From the IMG/VR virus record IMGVR_UViG_3300027668_000012, positions 1 to 64,000 of that record: 64,000 bases of DNA; one strand, given 5' to 3'. Position numbers and translations under genes: made by a program. How positions within the stretch are numbered: position 1 is the first letter of the stretch; each line of letters begins with the position of its first letter. A model generated the notes under the pieces. The model saw nothing but the letters and a program-made list of their open reading frames with translations. It did no database searches and had not been told where the DNA came from. Below are positions 29,069-39,179 of this stretch, one piece after another. Source of the DNA: an uncultured virus (IMG/VR IMGVR_UViG_3300027668_000012) (Duplodnaviria; Heunggongvirae; Uroviricota; Caudoviricetes).

Positions 29069-29820
29069 TATGTGTTAAATGGGGTGACAAGTTCACTGCT
29101 GAACATGTAAATAGACTCTATAGAATGGCAGAGAGAAACATCACTTTGCCATTTAACTTTTATTGTTATACAGAAGATTCTGAGGGTGTTGACGAAAGAA
29201 TAAGCATTGTTTCATTAGACACGCGACTCGATTTAAAAGCTTGGTGGTGGAAACTTACCATGTTTAAACAAAATGATTATGATGGTGTCAATCTTTATTT
29301 AGATTTAGATGTAGTGATACAAAATAATATCGATCATCTATTTGATGAAGCGTCACATAATAAACTAACTCTAATAGATCAAGTTTTTGAGGAAAGTTTA
29401 AATGATTATTCTAATGATTATTTTCAGGAGTTTTCGAAACATACCAAACCTTATTACAATTCTTCAATTATGGTTTGGTACAACAATGAGAATCAAGACT
29501 TATATAATAAGTTTGTAAAATCAATAAAACTTTATACTAATCTATATCATGGCATTGATAGATTTTTTAGCTATGAAATTCCTAGTGCTAATTTTTGTAG
29601 TTTAAGTGAAGATGATTGGTATTTTAGATGTAAACTTACACCTCACATTGATCCAGATAAATCTTACTTTATTAGATTAGACACAGAGTCTACATTAGCA
29701 GCTGGTGGAGCTGTGATCGGTAAAGTATTAGTTTTTTATGATGAAAGTAAAGCTATTTGTGTATTTAATTCTTGCCACGAATCTATTTTTTATTCTGGTA
29801 TGGGGAAATATTTGTTATAA
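29038..29820 (+). CDS. GT-A fold glycosyltransferase
   Basis: VVCVKWGDKF..EHVNRLY, WWWKLTMF, LYLDLDVVI (DxD), YNSSIMVW, GIDRF. Confidence 0.75.
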   Translation: MGTKDLEHNVVCVKWGDKFTAEHVNRLYRMAERNITLPFNFYCYTEDSEGVDERISIVSLDTRLDLKAWWWKLTMFKQNDYDGVNLYLDLDVVIQNNIDHLFDEASHNKLTLIDQVFEESLNDYSNDYFQEFSKHTKPYYNSSIMVWYNNENQDLYNKFVKSIKLYTNLYHGIDRFFSYEIPSANFCSLSEDDWYFRCKLTPHIDPDKSYFIRLDTESTLAAGGAVIGKVLVFYDESKAICVFNSCHESIFYSGMGKYLL

Positions 29821-29823
29821 ATA
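29816..29823 (+). promoter_or_regulatory. T4-type late promoter
   Basis: TATAAATA overlapping the GT stop, upstream of the fibre genes. Confidence 0.7.
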
Positions 29824-29853
29824 ATGTAAAGAACACAAGTAAAGGTACCATTC

Positions 29854-30210
29854 ATGGCACAATACGAAGAAATTGAAATAGATCAAGGTACTGACGTAGC
29901 TATTGAAGTACACTTAGTAAACTCAATAGATGATACTGCTAAGAATTTAACTAATTTTTCTGCTAAAGCAAAATTAAAAAGATCAATAAATTCTGATAGT
30001 GCAGATAGCCACGATTTCTTAGCCGTGATTACAAGCCCTGCGACATCAGGCATTGTAAATCTTTCTTTGACTAATGCTCAAACTGAAATACTTAAACCTG
30101 GTCGATACCTTTACGATGCTGAAATACAGTATCTTGATAGCTCTTCTACGTTAATTGTTGAAAGAGTGTTAGAAGGAAGAATTAACGTAAACGCATCGAT
30201 TACAAGGTAA
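29854..30210 (+). CDS. virion structural protein (Ig-like adaptor type)
   Basis: IDQGTD, LSLTNAQT..LKPGRYLYD, RVLEGRINV...ITR; conserved T4-like pattern. Confidence 0.65.
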   Translation: MAQYEEIEIDQGTDVAIEVHLVNSIDDTAKNLTNFSAKAKLKRSINSDSADSHDFLAVITSPATSGIVNLSLTNAQTEILKPGRYLYDAEIQYLDSSSTLIVERVLEGRINVNASITR

Positions 30211-30219
30211 TACAAAGCT

Positions 30220-31212
30220 ATGGTTGATAGAACTGTCATAATCGCTGGGTTGAATGAAACTCAAGTAAAAAAAGTGGTTGTTGGCGCACCAATACGTAGC
30301 ATTGTTCAATCTGGTGGATCATTTGCAAGTTTATCTGACGTAGATGTTTCGGGTGCATCACACGGCAACCTTCTTGCGTATGATTCGTCTGTTGGCAAAT
30401 GGGAAGCCTCGGATGCTTTACCTCCTGTTAATGTTACTGCTGGAACTTATGGTTCAGCCACAAAAATACCACAAATAAAAATACTTTCGGATGGTAGACT
30501 TGACTCTGCTGGAGAAATAAGTGTTGCTACTAACATTGCTTTGGCTGGCGACTCTGGAACTGATTCTGTATCAATCCTAGCTGACACTTTAACTTTTTCG
30601 GGTGGTAATGGTTTAAGAACAGTAGTAACTAATAACAACGTTGCTATTAATATTGACGACACTTTGTCTTTGGCAAATCTCACAATTACAGGTGGGCTTA
30701 CAGTTACAGGCACACAGACTGTTATTAATTCAGAGACTTTGAACCTTGCAGACCATCACATCAAGCTTAACTCTAATGACTCAGCTGGAAGCCCAAACGC
30801 TTCTATTGATATTGGTTATGCGGCTGGACGCAAAGAAGATAGTTCAGGTTTTGCGTTTACTGGTATGTTCAGAGACGCAACAGATAAGACATTTAAGGTG
30901 TATGATAACTATACACTAGATCCAACAGGATCGACTGCAATTAATATAGCACACTCGTCATTTTCACTTGCGCCATTTAAAGCGAGTACACTTGCTGGTT
31001 CATATTTAGGTTTCGATTCTGATGTAGGAGCAAAGATAACTACTGCTGATGCATCTATCGGTTTTAACTTGGATTCATCAAGCGGTAAGTTTAAAATCAA
31101 TGTATTTAACGCCTCATACACGCAAAGAGGTTTAGCTTTCTTTGATAATACTCAATTCACTGTAGTTAATGGTGGTGTAACTTTGAATATTGTTGACGGC
31201 GGCGAGTATTAA
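30220..31212 (+). CDS. tail fibre-like structural protein
   Basis: LSDVD, VTAGTYGS..KIP, GGLTVTGTQTVINS, C-terminal VDGGEY. Confidence 0.65.
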   Translation: MVDRTVIIAGLNETQVKKVVVGAPIRSIVQSGGSFASLSDVDVSGASHGNLLAYDSSVGKWEASDALPPVNVTAGTYGSATKIPQIKILSDGRLDSAGEISVATNIALAGDSGTDSVSILADTLTFSGGNGLRTVVTNNNVAINIDDTLSLANLTITGGLTVTGTQTVINSETLNLADHHIKLNSNDSAGSPNASIDIGYAAGRKEDSSGFAFTGMFRDATDKTFKVYDNYTLDPTGSTAINIAHSSFSLAPFKASTLAGSYLGFDSDVGAKITTADASIGFNLDSSSGKFKINVFNASYTQRGLAFFDNTQFTVVNGGVTLNIVDGGEY

Positions 31213-31216
31213 TCGT

Positions 31217-31224
31217 TATAAATA
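31217..31224 (+). promoter_or_regulatory. T4-type late promoter
   Basis: TATAAATA. Confidence 0.7.
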
Positions 31225-31267
31225 GAACTAATATTATATAGTTTTACTAAAAAGAAAAGAATAGACA

Positions 31268-31753
31268 TTGTCTAACGTAGAGATTAGATTACTTAAATCA
31301 GATTCGGCTGGCAAGATACCTCTTGTTGGCGATTTGGCCTATGGTGAATTGGCTATTAACTATAAAGACGGAAGACTTTTTTATAAAAATGCCGATAATG
31401 TAGTTAAATTTTTTACTGATTCTGATGCTATAAAGGCTCAAATAGATTCGGCACAATCAGAAACATTGCTCACATCTGGTGGAACAATGACTGGTCAGAT
31501 AAACATGAACAGTCTTAGGATTGTTAATTTATCTTCGCCTTCTGATAATAATGATGCGGTAAATAAAATATATGTAGATAACGCAGTCATAACAGGCGTT
31601 GGAGCAGTTAACTTTCCAGAAGGTAATTATGGAACAGTAGACTCAACAGGTCAAATTGATGCGTTTGGAATTTCAACAGGCGGAACATTTGAATGTATGA
31701 ATCCTGTAGGTTCGTTAGCAACAATAGATCTTGGCGTAGATTCAAGTGTATAG
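31268..31753 (+). CDS. fibre-associated structural protein
   Basis: P..GDLAYGELAINYKDGRLFYK; GGTMTGQINM; DAVNKIYVD. Confidence 0.65.
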   Translation: MSNVEIRLLKSDSAGKIPLVGDLAYGELAINYKDGRLFYKNADNVVKFFTDSDAIKAQIDSAQSETLLTSGGTMTGQINMNSLRIVNLSSPSDNNDAVNKIYVDNAVITGVGAVNFPEGNYGTVDSTGQIDAFGISTGGTFECMNPVGSLATIDLGVDSSV

Positions 31754-31771
31754 AAATAAGGAATTAAATAA

Positions 31772-32398
31772 ATGCCTACAGTAGTCCAGTTTAGACGAGG
31801 CACAACAGCTCAGAATAATAACTTTACTGGGGCTGCTGGTGAAATCTCATATGATAATCAATTAAATAGTATTAGAGTACATAATGGTTCGACCGCTGGT
31901 GGATTTGAATCTGTTACAACGTCGGGTGCACAAACACTAACTAATAAAACACTTGATAGTGCAACTATTTCTGGTGCATTATTTGCCTCTGATTCAGATG
32001 CGATTGATATTGGCACAGATGATATAAGATTTAGAGGTGCTTACATTGGCACTCTTTATACTAAGAATGGTATAGTTAAAGCACAACCAGTTGGTGTATC
32101 AGTAACAAGCGGATCAGCTACAATCGTTGCATCATATGTAACAGGTGGTGCATCCACTGCAATAGAATTTAATATTTCAGCATACAATGGCAGTTCTACA
32201 GAGACACAAATCTCTAAAATATTGACTGCATTTGACGGAACAAATATAGCAAGTACAGAATATGGTATAGTACATACTGGTGATAGTGATCTAGGATCTT
32301 TAGCTGTAACAAATAACTCAGGCACAATTGAAGTTAAATTTACACGTAATCCTGCAAATACAATATTAGTTAAAGCCCACCAAACAATTATCACATAA
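31772..32398 (+). CDS. fibre-associated structural protein (Mtd/hyaluronidase-type N-terminal module)
   Basis: MPTVVQFRRGTTAQNNNFTGAAGEI...RVHNGSTAGG. Confidence 0.65.
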   Translation: MPTVVQFRRGTTAQNNNFTGAAGEISYDNQLNSIRVHNGSTAGGFESVTTSGAQTLTNKTLDSATISGALFASDSDAIDIGTDDIRFRGAYIGTLYTKNGIVKAQPVGVSVTSGSATIVASYVTGGASTAIEFNISAYNGSSTETQISKILTAFDGTNIASTEYGIVHTGDSDLGSLAVTNNSGTIEVKFTRNPANTILVKAHQTIIT

Positions 32399-32417
32399 CC
32401 ATCGGGGACAATGAACC

Positions 32418-35400
32418 ATGGCAGACAAGAATTTTATAGTTAAGAATGGCATTACAGTCAAAGGACCTTCAACGTTTGATAGTTCAGTAAACGTAAGTGG
32501 CATTATAACTCAGGCAAACCTTCCAGTTGCTACGCAAGCATACGTTGCTACACAAATAGCATCAAAGGATAATACAGATGAGATTACTGAAGGCAGTAGC
32601 AATTTGTATCATACAACATCAAGAGTTGACTCTGCCTTTGATGTACGAATAGCTACAAAAAGCACTACCAACTTAGGCGAAGGTAATAATCTATACTACA
32701 CTACAGCAAGAGCTGATTCTGATGCAAAGAACGCAATCAGTCTAACAGACGCTGGTGGAGATGGTTCTTTTGCATATGTCCCTGCAACAGGCGTATTAAC
32801 ATATACAGGTCCTAGTGTAGCAGAAGTAAGAGCCAAGCTAGTAGCTTCCACAGGAATTACATACGACTCTGCCGCTGGTAAAATATCAATAACAAACACA
32901 GGTGTGACTGCTGGTACTTATGGTTCTGGTTCTTTAGTTCCAAAATTTACAGTAAACGCTCAAGGACTAATAGACTCTGCTGGAGTATTTCCAGTTGCAG
33001 GTGTTGCATCATTTGGATACGATAGTAGTAACGGCATCTTAACAATTGGTACAGCAGATGGTGGTACATTTACTGCAACTGCTACACTAGGTCCTTTCAC
33101 TACAGCTAATCTTACAGAAGGTAGTAACCTTTATTACACGACTGCTCGTGCAGACAGTGACGCTAAGAACGCTATAAGTGGTGGTACTGGTATTACATAC
33201 AATGATAGCACTGGTGTGATTACTACAACTGATGGTGACATTGTACATGACAGTCTAAGCGGATTTGTTGCAAATGAGCATATCGATCACTCAGGTGTTT
33301 CTGTTATTGCGGGCACTGGTTTAACAGGCGGTGGTACTATCGCCGCCAATCGTACACTTAATGTTATTGCTGGTACTGGTTTAACTGCAAATGCAGATAA
33401 CATCACAACTAATGACGGACAAATCGTACACGACAATCTAAGTGGATTTGTTGCAAACGAACATATTGATCACACCGGCGTAACAATTACTGCTGGTGCA
33501 GGTTTGACAGGCGGTGGTACTATTGCAGCTACACGCACATTAAACATTGGTGCTGGTACTGGTGTCACAGTAAATGCCAACGACATTGCTATTGGTCAAG
33601 CAGTTGCAACAACAGACGACGTAACATTCGATGTTGTCACTGCCACTTCAATTGCACCAGGCTTCTTAGATTATTCTGGTATTATCCCTGCACATGCAGA
33701 AGGTCGAGTATTTTACGACTCAGCATTCGGTGCTTTAGCAGTCTACAACGACGAAGCTGCTATGACTTTACAAGTTGGTCAAGAGCAAGTTACTAGAGTT
33801 TATAACGGATCTGGTGCAACAATCCTTGATGGTAAACCAGTCTATTATGTTGGTGTGCAAGGTACTACACCTACAATCGGACTTGCAAACGGATCAAACG
33901 CGGATCACTACGAAGTTTCTGGTCTTGCAACCCATGATATTGAGAATGGCACATTTGGGTACGTAACAAACTCAGGTCTAGTAAATAACATCGACACGTC
34001 TTCTTTGACTGCCAATGCCGCTGTATTCCTTGGAGCATCAGCTGGTGCATTGTCTAGTACAGAAAATTCATTCCCTAACTTTCCAATTACAGTTGGTCGT
34101 GTTTTAACAAGTCATGCAAGCACTGGACAAATTCTGGTCGAGTTAAGCCATGATACGACTCAAACTTTTAGAACTATTGGTGATGCTCACATAGGCACTA
34201 ATTTGGTTGTTGGTAATAACTTAACAGTTTTAGGTACTCAAGTAAACGCATCCACACAGAATATCAATATTGGTGGCGCATTTAATAATCTTAACCAAGG
34301 TGATACAATAGGTGATGCAAACACTGCATTGGTAACAGGTTCAGGTCTTGATGATGCGGTTCTTAAAGGTCACTTTACAGATATTGTCAACAGAGCTTTC
34401 TATCTTGCAATTGATAGTGCAGACTCGGCTGGTGACTCATTCAAGTTTTCTTATGACTCTGCATTTTCTACTGTCCTAGGTGAAAATATTAGAATTAACG
34501 ATAGTGCGCACACATTAGCAAATGGTATTAGTGTAGAATTTGGTGCAGTAACTGGTCACACATTAAATAACGCATGGCTAGGTTCAGCATCTCCTATCAA
34601 TGTTGATACTGGTATATTTACAAACAGAAACACTGGTAGCTCAGGTATAGGCCACACTCACGTGGGTCTATTCTTTGATGTGAGTGAGACTAAGTGGACA
34701 TTCTTAAACGCTTACGACTCTGATGTTTCAGGTACTATAAACATGGCTGATAGTTCAGTCACGTTGGGTATTGTTAAAGCTGGTACATTTGAGGGCGCAC
34801 TTACAGGTGAATTAACTGGTAATGCGGCAACTGCAACCATCTTAGCTACTCCAAGAACAATCGGTGGCGTATCCTTTAATGGATCAGCGAATATAAACCT
34901 TGCTGGTGTTAATGCTGCTGGTAATCAAAACACATCTGGCACTGCAGCAATAGGAACTGCAATTACGGCAACTGCTAACAATACAGCCAATGAAACAGTA
35001 TTTCCTACATTCGTAGATGGTGCAACAGGGACACAGGGTATTGAGACGGATACTGGCTTAACATATAACCCTAGCTCAGGCGTATTAACATCACTTGTGT
35101 CAGCAGTAACAGAACAAAGGTTCCTTGACAGTAACGCAAGTAACTATGTAGGATTTGGTCAACCAGTTTCTCCATCCGCTAACGTTATATGGACATTGCC
35201 AAATGCAGATGGTTCTGCTGGACAAGCCTTAGTAACAAGTGGTGACAAAACACTATCATGGGCAGCTGCTGGTGCTGTAACAACAGCAGACGAATCAACT
35301 AACACAAACTTTACAATTAAGTTTGACGCGGCAACAAGTGGCGCAGTTACGGCGATAAAACATGACACAGGGCTTACTTACAATCCAAGTACAGGTAAAA

Positions 35401-36296
35401 TAACAGCAACTAATTTTACTGGTGAAGTCACTGGTAATGCCGCAACTGCAACTACATTGGCAACTGCAAGAACTATTGGTGGCGTATCGTTTAATGGTGG
35501 TGCTAATATAAATCTTGCTGGTGTTAATGCAACTGGTAATCAAAACACATCTGGTTCAGCCGCTACGCTAACAACTGCAAGAACAATTGGCGGTACATCA
35601 TTTAATGGTAGTGCTAATATTGCAGTGGGTTTAGCGAATACCGCAACTACATTAGCAACTGCAAGGACTATTGGTGGTGTATCATTTAATGGATCAGCGA
35701 ATATAAACCTTGCTGGTGTTAATGCAACTGGTAATCAAAACACATCTGGTTCAGCCGCCACTTTAACAACTGCAAGGACTATTGGTGGAACATCATTTAA
35801 TGGTAGTGCTAATATTGCAGTAGATTTATCGGCAACTGCAACTGCATTAGCAACTGCAAGAACTATCGGTGGTACATCTTTCAATGGTACGGCTAATATT
35901 GATGTTGCTTTAGCAGCTGTTGCTACTGCTGTTACAGTAGCAGATGAATCAAGTGATACGACTTGTTTTCCATTATTTACAACTGGTGCGACAGGCGAAT
36001 TGCCGCCAAAGAGTGGTTCTAATCTTACCTTTAATTCTAGCTCAGGTACGTTAACTGTTGTCAACCTTGCCGCATCGGGAACAGTTGATGGTCGTGACGT
36101 TGCCGCCGATGGTACTAAACTAGACGGCATTGAATCAAGTGCTACAGCCGATCAGACAGCCGCACAGATACTAACTGCCCTTAGAACAGTTGATGTCAAC
36201 GGCACAAGTGGTGTTAATGCTGGTACTTTAGACGGACAAGCGGCTTCTCATTATAGAATTAATGTATATAATGCCGCTGGCAACCTATTAAACTAA
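32418..36296 (+). CDS. long tail fibre protein
   Basis: 1292 aa, Gly/Thr/Ala-rich; repeated EGSNLYYT, AGTGLTGGG and ATARTIGG.SFNGSANI modules. Confidence 0.8.
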   Translation: MADKNFIVKNGITVKGPSTFDSSVNVSGIITQANLPVATQAYVATQIASKDNTDEITEGSSNLYHTTSRVDSAFDVRIATKSTTNLGEGNNLYYTTARADSDAKNAISLTDAGGDGSFAYVPATGVLTYTGPSVAEVRAKLVASTGITYDSAAGKISITNTGVTAGTYGSGSLVPKFTVNAQGLIDSAGVFPVAGVASFGYDSSNGILTIGTADGGTFTATATLGPFTTANLTEGSNLYYTTARADSDAKNAISGGTGITYNDSTGVITTTDGDIVHDSLSGFVANEHIDHSGVSVIAGTGLTGGGTIAANRTLNVIAGTGLTANADNITTNDGQIVHDNLSGFVANEHIDHTGVTITAGAGLTGGGTIAATRTLNIGAGTGVTVNANDIAIGQAVATTDDVTFDVVTATSIAPGFLDYSGIIPAHAEGRVFYDSAFGALAVYNDEAAMTLQVGQEQVTRVYNGSGATILDGKPVYYVGVQGTTPTIGLANGSNADHYEVSGLATHDIENGTFGYVTNSGLVNNIDTSSLTANAAVFLGASAGALSSTENSFPNFPITVGRVLTSHASTGQILVELSHDTTQTFRTIGDAHIGTNLVVGNNLTVLGTQVNASTQNINIGGAFNNLNQGDTIGDANTALVTGSGLDDAVLKGHFTDIVNRAFYLAIDSADSAGDSFKFSYDSAFSTVLGENIRINDSAHTLANGISVEFGAVTGHTLNNAWLGSASPINVDTGIFTNRNTGSSGIGHTHVGLFFDVSETKWTFLNAYDSDVSGTINMADSSVTLGIVKAGTFEGALTGELTGNAATATILATPRTIGGVSFNGSANINLAGVNAAGNQNTSGTAAIGTAITATANNTANETVFPTFVDGATGTQGIETDTGLTYNPSSGVLTSLVSAVTEQRFLDSNASNYVGFGQPVSPSANVIWTLPNADGSAGQALVTSGDKTLSWAAAGAVTTADESTNTNFTIKFDAATSGAVTAIKHDTGLTYNPSTGKITATNFTGEVTGNAATATTLATARTIGGVSFNGGANINLAGVNATGNQNTSGSAATLTTARTIGGTSFNGSANIAVGLANTATTLATARTIGGVSFNGSANINLAGVNATGNQNTSGSAATLTTARTIGGTSFNGSANIAVDLSATATALATARTIGGTSFNGTANIDVALAAVATAVTVADESSDTTCFPLFTTGATGELPPKSGSNLTFNSSSGTLTVVNLAASGTVDGRDVAADGTKLDGIESSATADQTAAQILTALRTVDVNGTSGVNAGTLDGQAASHYRINVYNAAGNLLN
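35432..35905 (+). repeat. coding repeats in the tail fibre (TARTIGG(V/T)SFNG x5; another copy near 34820-34945)
   Basis: Near-identical DNA blocks such as CTTGCTGGTGTTAATGCAACTGGTAATCAAAACACATCTGGTTCAGCCGC occur twice. Confidence 0.8.
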
Positions 36297-36308
36297 GCTA
36301 AATAGAAT

Positions 36309-36332
36309 GGAGAGGGAATAATATCTCTCTCC
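36309..36332 (+). terminator. intergenic stem-loop (terminator or processing/stability site)
   Basis: GGAGAGGGA-ATAATA-TCTCTCTCC between the fibre gene and gp13; no clear U-tract. Confidence 0.45.
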
Positions 36333-36357
36333 TATTACACCAGAAGGATTATTTTTA

Positions 36358-37113
36358 ATGGCTATTGTTACAAGCAGAGTACAATTACAAGACCATGCTC
36401 TTCGTAGGCTAGGTGCTCCTGTCATTGAAATTAACGTAGACGAGGATCAAATAGACGATCGTATAGACGACGCTCTACAGTATTATGCAGAGTTTCATTC
36501 TGATGCAGTATCAAGAGGTTTTCATGTTCATTTAATGACTGCTACAGACATTACAAACGAATATATAACTTTACCTACCAATATATTGTATGTTATAAAA
36601 GCATTACCAATACAAACTGGTGCATCAGTTTCAAGAAACTTTTTTAGTATTAAATATCAATTGATGCTACAAGATGTGGCAAACCAAGGTAGCTTTATAG
36701 GTGATCTTGGTTACTTCACACAGATGCAACAATATCTATCTTTACTAGAAAGTCAATTGACTGGCACGCCACAAGTAAATTTCCGTAGACATCAGAATCG
36801 TCTAAAGTGGTTTAGTAACATGAATGATAAATCTATTAAAGCTGGTGATTACGTAGTTCTTGAAACAGACAACATAATTAATCCAGAAACTTTCACATCA
36901 GTCTATAATGATATGTTTGTAAAAGACTTCACCACACAGTTGATAAAACAACAATGGGGTGCAAACCTAATTAAGTTTGAAGGTATGCAACTTCCAGGCG
37001 GCGTTCTTCTTAATGGTAGACAATTGTATGACGATGCTACTGCCGAGATTGCAACACTAAAAGAAACAATGCGACTAGAACACGAATTTCCACCAGATTT
37101 CTTTGTAGGATAA
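36358..37113 (+). CDS. gp13: neck protein
   Basis: LRRLGAPVIEINVDEDQIDDRIDDALQYY, KQQWGANLIKFEGMQLPGGV.LNG. Confidence 0.93.
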   Translation: MAIVTSRVQLQDHALRRLGAPVIEINVDEDQIDDRIDDALQYYAEFHSDAVSRGFHVHLMTATDITNEYITLPTNILYVIKALPIQTGASVSRNFFSIKYQLMLQDVANQGSFIGDLGYFTQMQQYLSLLESQLTGTPQVNFRRHQNRLKWFSNMNDKSIKAGDYVVLETDNIINPETFTSVYNDMFVKDFTTQLIKQQWGANLIKFEGMQLPGGVLLNGRQLYDDATAEIATLKETMRLEHEFPPDFFVG

Positions 37114-37114
37114 T

Positions 37115-38032
37115 ATGGCAACCAATGCATACTTCAATGTCGGCGTTAAAAGCGAACAGACATTATATGAAGACATAATAATTGAGTCTCTACAAATGTA
37201 TGGTCAAGACGTTTTCTATATTCCTCGTGAATTAGTAAACGAAGATCGTATATTTGGTGACGACTCTGTTTCTAAATTTAAAAAATCTCATAAGATTGAA
37301 ATGTATATTGAGAACCTAGAAGGTTTTGATGGTGAAAGAGACTTGTTTTCAAAATTCGGTGTTGAGATAAGAGACGAAGCAACGTTTATTGTTGCACGAC
37401 GTCGCTTTGATCAATTAGTCGGTAAGAATGATATTGCTTTCTATAGACCTAGAGAAGGTGATTTAATACATTTGCCTATGTCAAACTCTACTTTTGAAAT
37501 TCAAAAGGTCGAAGACGAATCGCCTTTTTATCAGCTTAAGAATCTACCAACATTTAAAATGCGTTGTTCTCTATTCGAATACAATGATGAAGATTTTGAT
37601 ACAGGTGTCAAAGCTATTGATGATATTGAAAAGCATAGTGCCTATCAAATGGATCTTACATTACATCAAGATTCATCAAGCGCAACTTTGTTCCAAGTTG
37701 GCGAAAACGTTTCACAGACACTTGACAGTGACCTTGGAATATTTATGAGGGGTGAAGTCGTCGCATTTGCACCAGCGGCTAACTTTGCTTCTGATTCTGA
37801 TAGCGTGTTATCTTTGGCTCACATTGGTTCTACAGATGGTAAGTTCCGTGAATTCCTTGACTCTGGAACAATCACAGGTCTAACATCGGGTGCAAAAGGT
37901 GTCGTACAGGCTAGTGGTGTTGTAGAGGATAATAGAATTTCTGACGATGAACAAAATGCTGATTTTAAAACCATAGCTGGTGGCTTCTTAGACTTCTCTG
38001 AAAGCAACCCATTTGGTGACGTGGAGACTTAA
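37115..38032 (+). CDS. gp14: neck protein
   Basis: EQTLYEDIIIESLQMYGQDVFYIPR, SKFGVEIRDE, RPREGDLI, DFSESNPFG. Confidence 0.93.
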   Translation: MATNAYFNVGVKSEQTLYEDIIIESLQMYGQDVFYIPRELVNEDRIFGDDSVSKFKKSHKIEMYIENLEGFDGERDLFSKFGVEIRDEATFIVARRRFDQLVGKNDIAFYRPREGDLIHLPMSNSTFEIQKVEDESPFYQLKNLPTFKMRCSLFEYNDEDFDTGVKAIDDIEKHSAYQMDLTLHQDSSSATLFQVGENVSQTLDSDLGIFMRGEVVAFAPAANFASDSDSVLSLAHIGSTDGKFREFLDSGTITGLTSGAKGVVQASGVVEDNRISDDEQNADFKTIAGGFLDFSESNPFGDVET

Positions 38033-38035
38033 ATA

Positions 38036-38818
38036 ATGTTTGGTACATATTTCTATCATCAAAGAATTCGTAAATCAGTTGCCGTGTTTGGCAGTCTGTT
38101 TAATAACTTACATGTGTTACGTAAGAACTCTGCTGGCGCAGTAATAAGTCAAGTTAAAGTACCATTGACATATGCGCCTAAACGTGATTTTATTGAACGT
38201 CTTAGATCACAGACTAATGGTGAAGATGCTGAAAGACAATTGGCTATCAAACTTCCTCGCATATCATTCGAGATTGTTAATATTGTTTATGATCCAGTCA
38301 GACAATTAAGTAAGGTCAATCAGTTTAACACTACAGGCACTAGTGTTTACGATAGAAACAAAGTTAAAACACCAGTACCTTATAATATAAACTTTCAATT
38401 AAACATCTATGCAAAGTCTCAAGATGATGCGTTACAAATAGTTGAACAGATTGTTCCTTACTTTGCTCCACAATATACTTTAACAATAAAGCCTATTGCA
38501 GGTGAAGATATATTAGAAGACAGCCCTATTTCTTTGCAGAGTGTTTCATTCACAGACGACTATGAAGGTGCTTTAGAGCAAAGACGTAGTATTCTTTACA
38601 CTTTAGACTTTGAAATGAAAATTAATTTCTATGGTCCTGTTACAACTGGTAAGATTATACGTCAAGCAGACATGAAATTACACACTATAAATAGTGGTAT
38701 AAAAGACTCTGATGAGTTAGTTTCAACAATCAGAGTGATACCTAACCCAGCATCCGCAAGTCCAGATAGTGATTATGGATTTACGACAACATTCTATGGA
38801 GCTTTAGATAGCGCATGA
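38036..38818 (+). CDS. gp15: tail sheath stabilizer / tail terminator
   Basis: YFYHQRIRK...FGSLFNN, VPLTYAPK, LPRISFE, PVPYNI, LQIVEQIVPYFAP. Confidence 0.93.
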   Translation: MFGTYFYHQRIRKSVAVFGSLFNNLHVLRKNSAGAVISQVKVPLTYAPKRDFIERLRSQTNGEDAERQLAIKLPRISFEIVNIVYDPVRQLSKVNQFNTTGTSVYDRNKVKTPVPYNINFQLNIYAKSQDDALQIVEQIVPYFAPQYTLTIKPIAGEDILEDSPISLQSVSFTDDYEGALEQRRSILYTLDFEMKINFYGPVTTGKIIRQADMKLHTINSGIKDSDELVSTIRVIPNPASASPDSDYGFTTTFYGALDSA

Positions 38819-39177
38819 TTGATTCATCTGATAATGTAGATAATGATTTTGAGTATGCAAGACAAACTTACCACGACATCCTAGTAAAAGGTTCAGCAGC
38901 CTTAGAAGATATGATCGAAGTTGCAAGATCAACAGAACACCCTCGCGCATTTGAAGTGCTTTCTGGCCTAATGAAAACAATGGCAGATGTCAATGGTAAT
39001 CTATTAGATTTACACAAAAAGAAAAAAGATATTAAGAAGGAAGACCCTTCTGATATTCCAGCTGGTGGCATCACTAATAATTTATTAGTTGGGTCTACTG
39101 TAGAGATACAAAAAATGCTATCAGACTTACAGAAAAAAGAGGGTGACGTCATAGACGTACTACCAGACAAGGATTAA
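38815..39177 (+). CDS. gp16: terminase small subunit
   Basis: DFEYARQ, EHPRAFEV, NNLLVGSTVEIQKML. Confidence 0.9.
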   Translation: MIDSSDNVDNDFEYARQTYHDILVKGSAALEDMIEVARSTEHPRAFEVLSGLMKTMADVNGNLLDLHKKKKDIKKEDPSDIPAGGITNNLLVGSTVEIQKMLSDLQKKEGDVIDVLPDKD

Positions 39178-39179
39178 TA

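Noticed and set aside
31772..36296. Diversity-generating retroelement suggested by the Mtd-like N-terminus and fibre repeats
   Set aside because: No reverse transcriptase in the window, and no template/variable repeat pair differing only at adenines.
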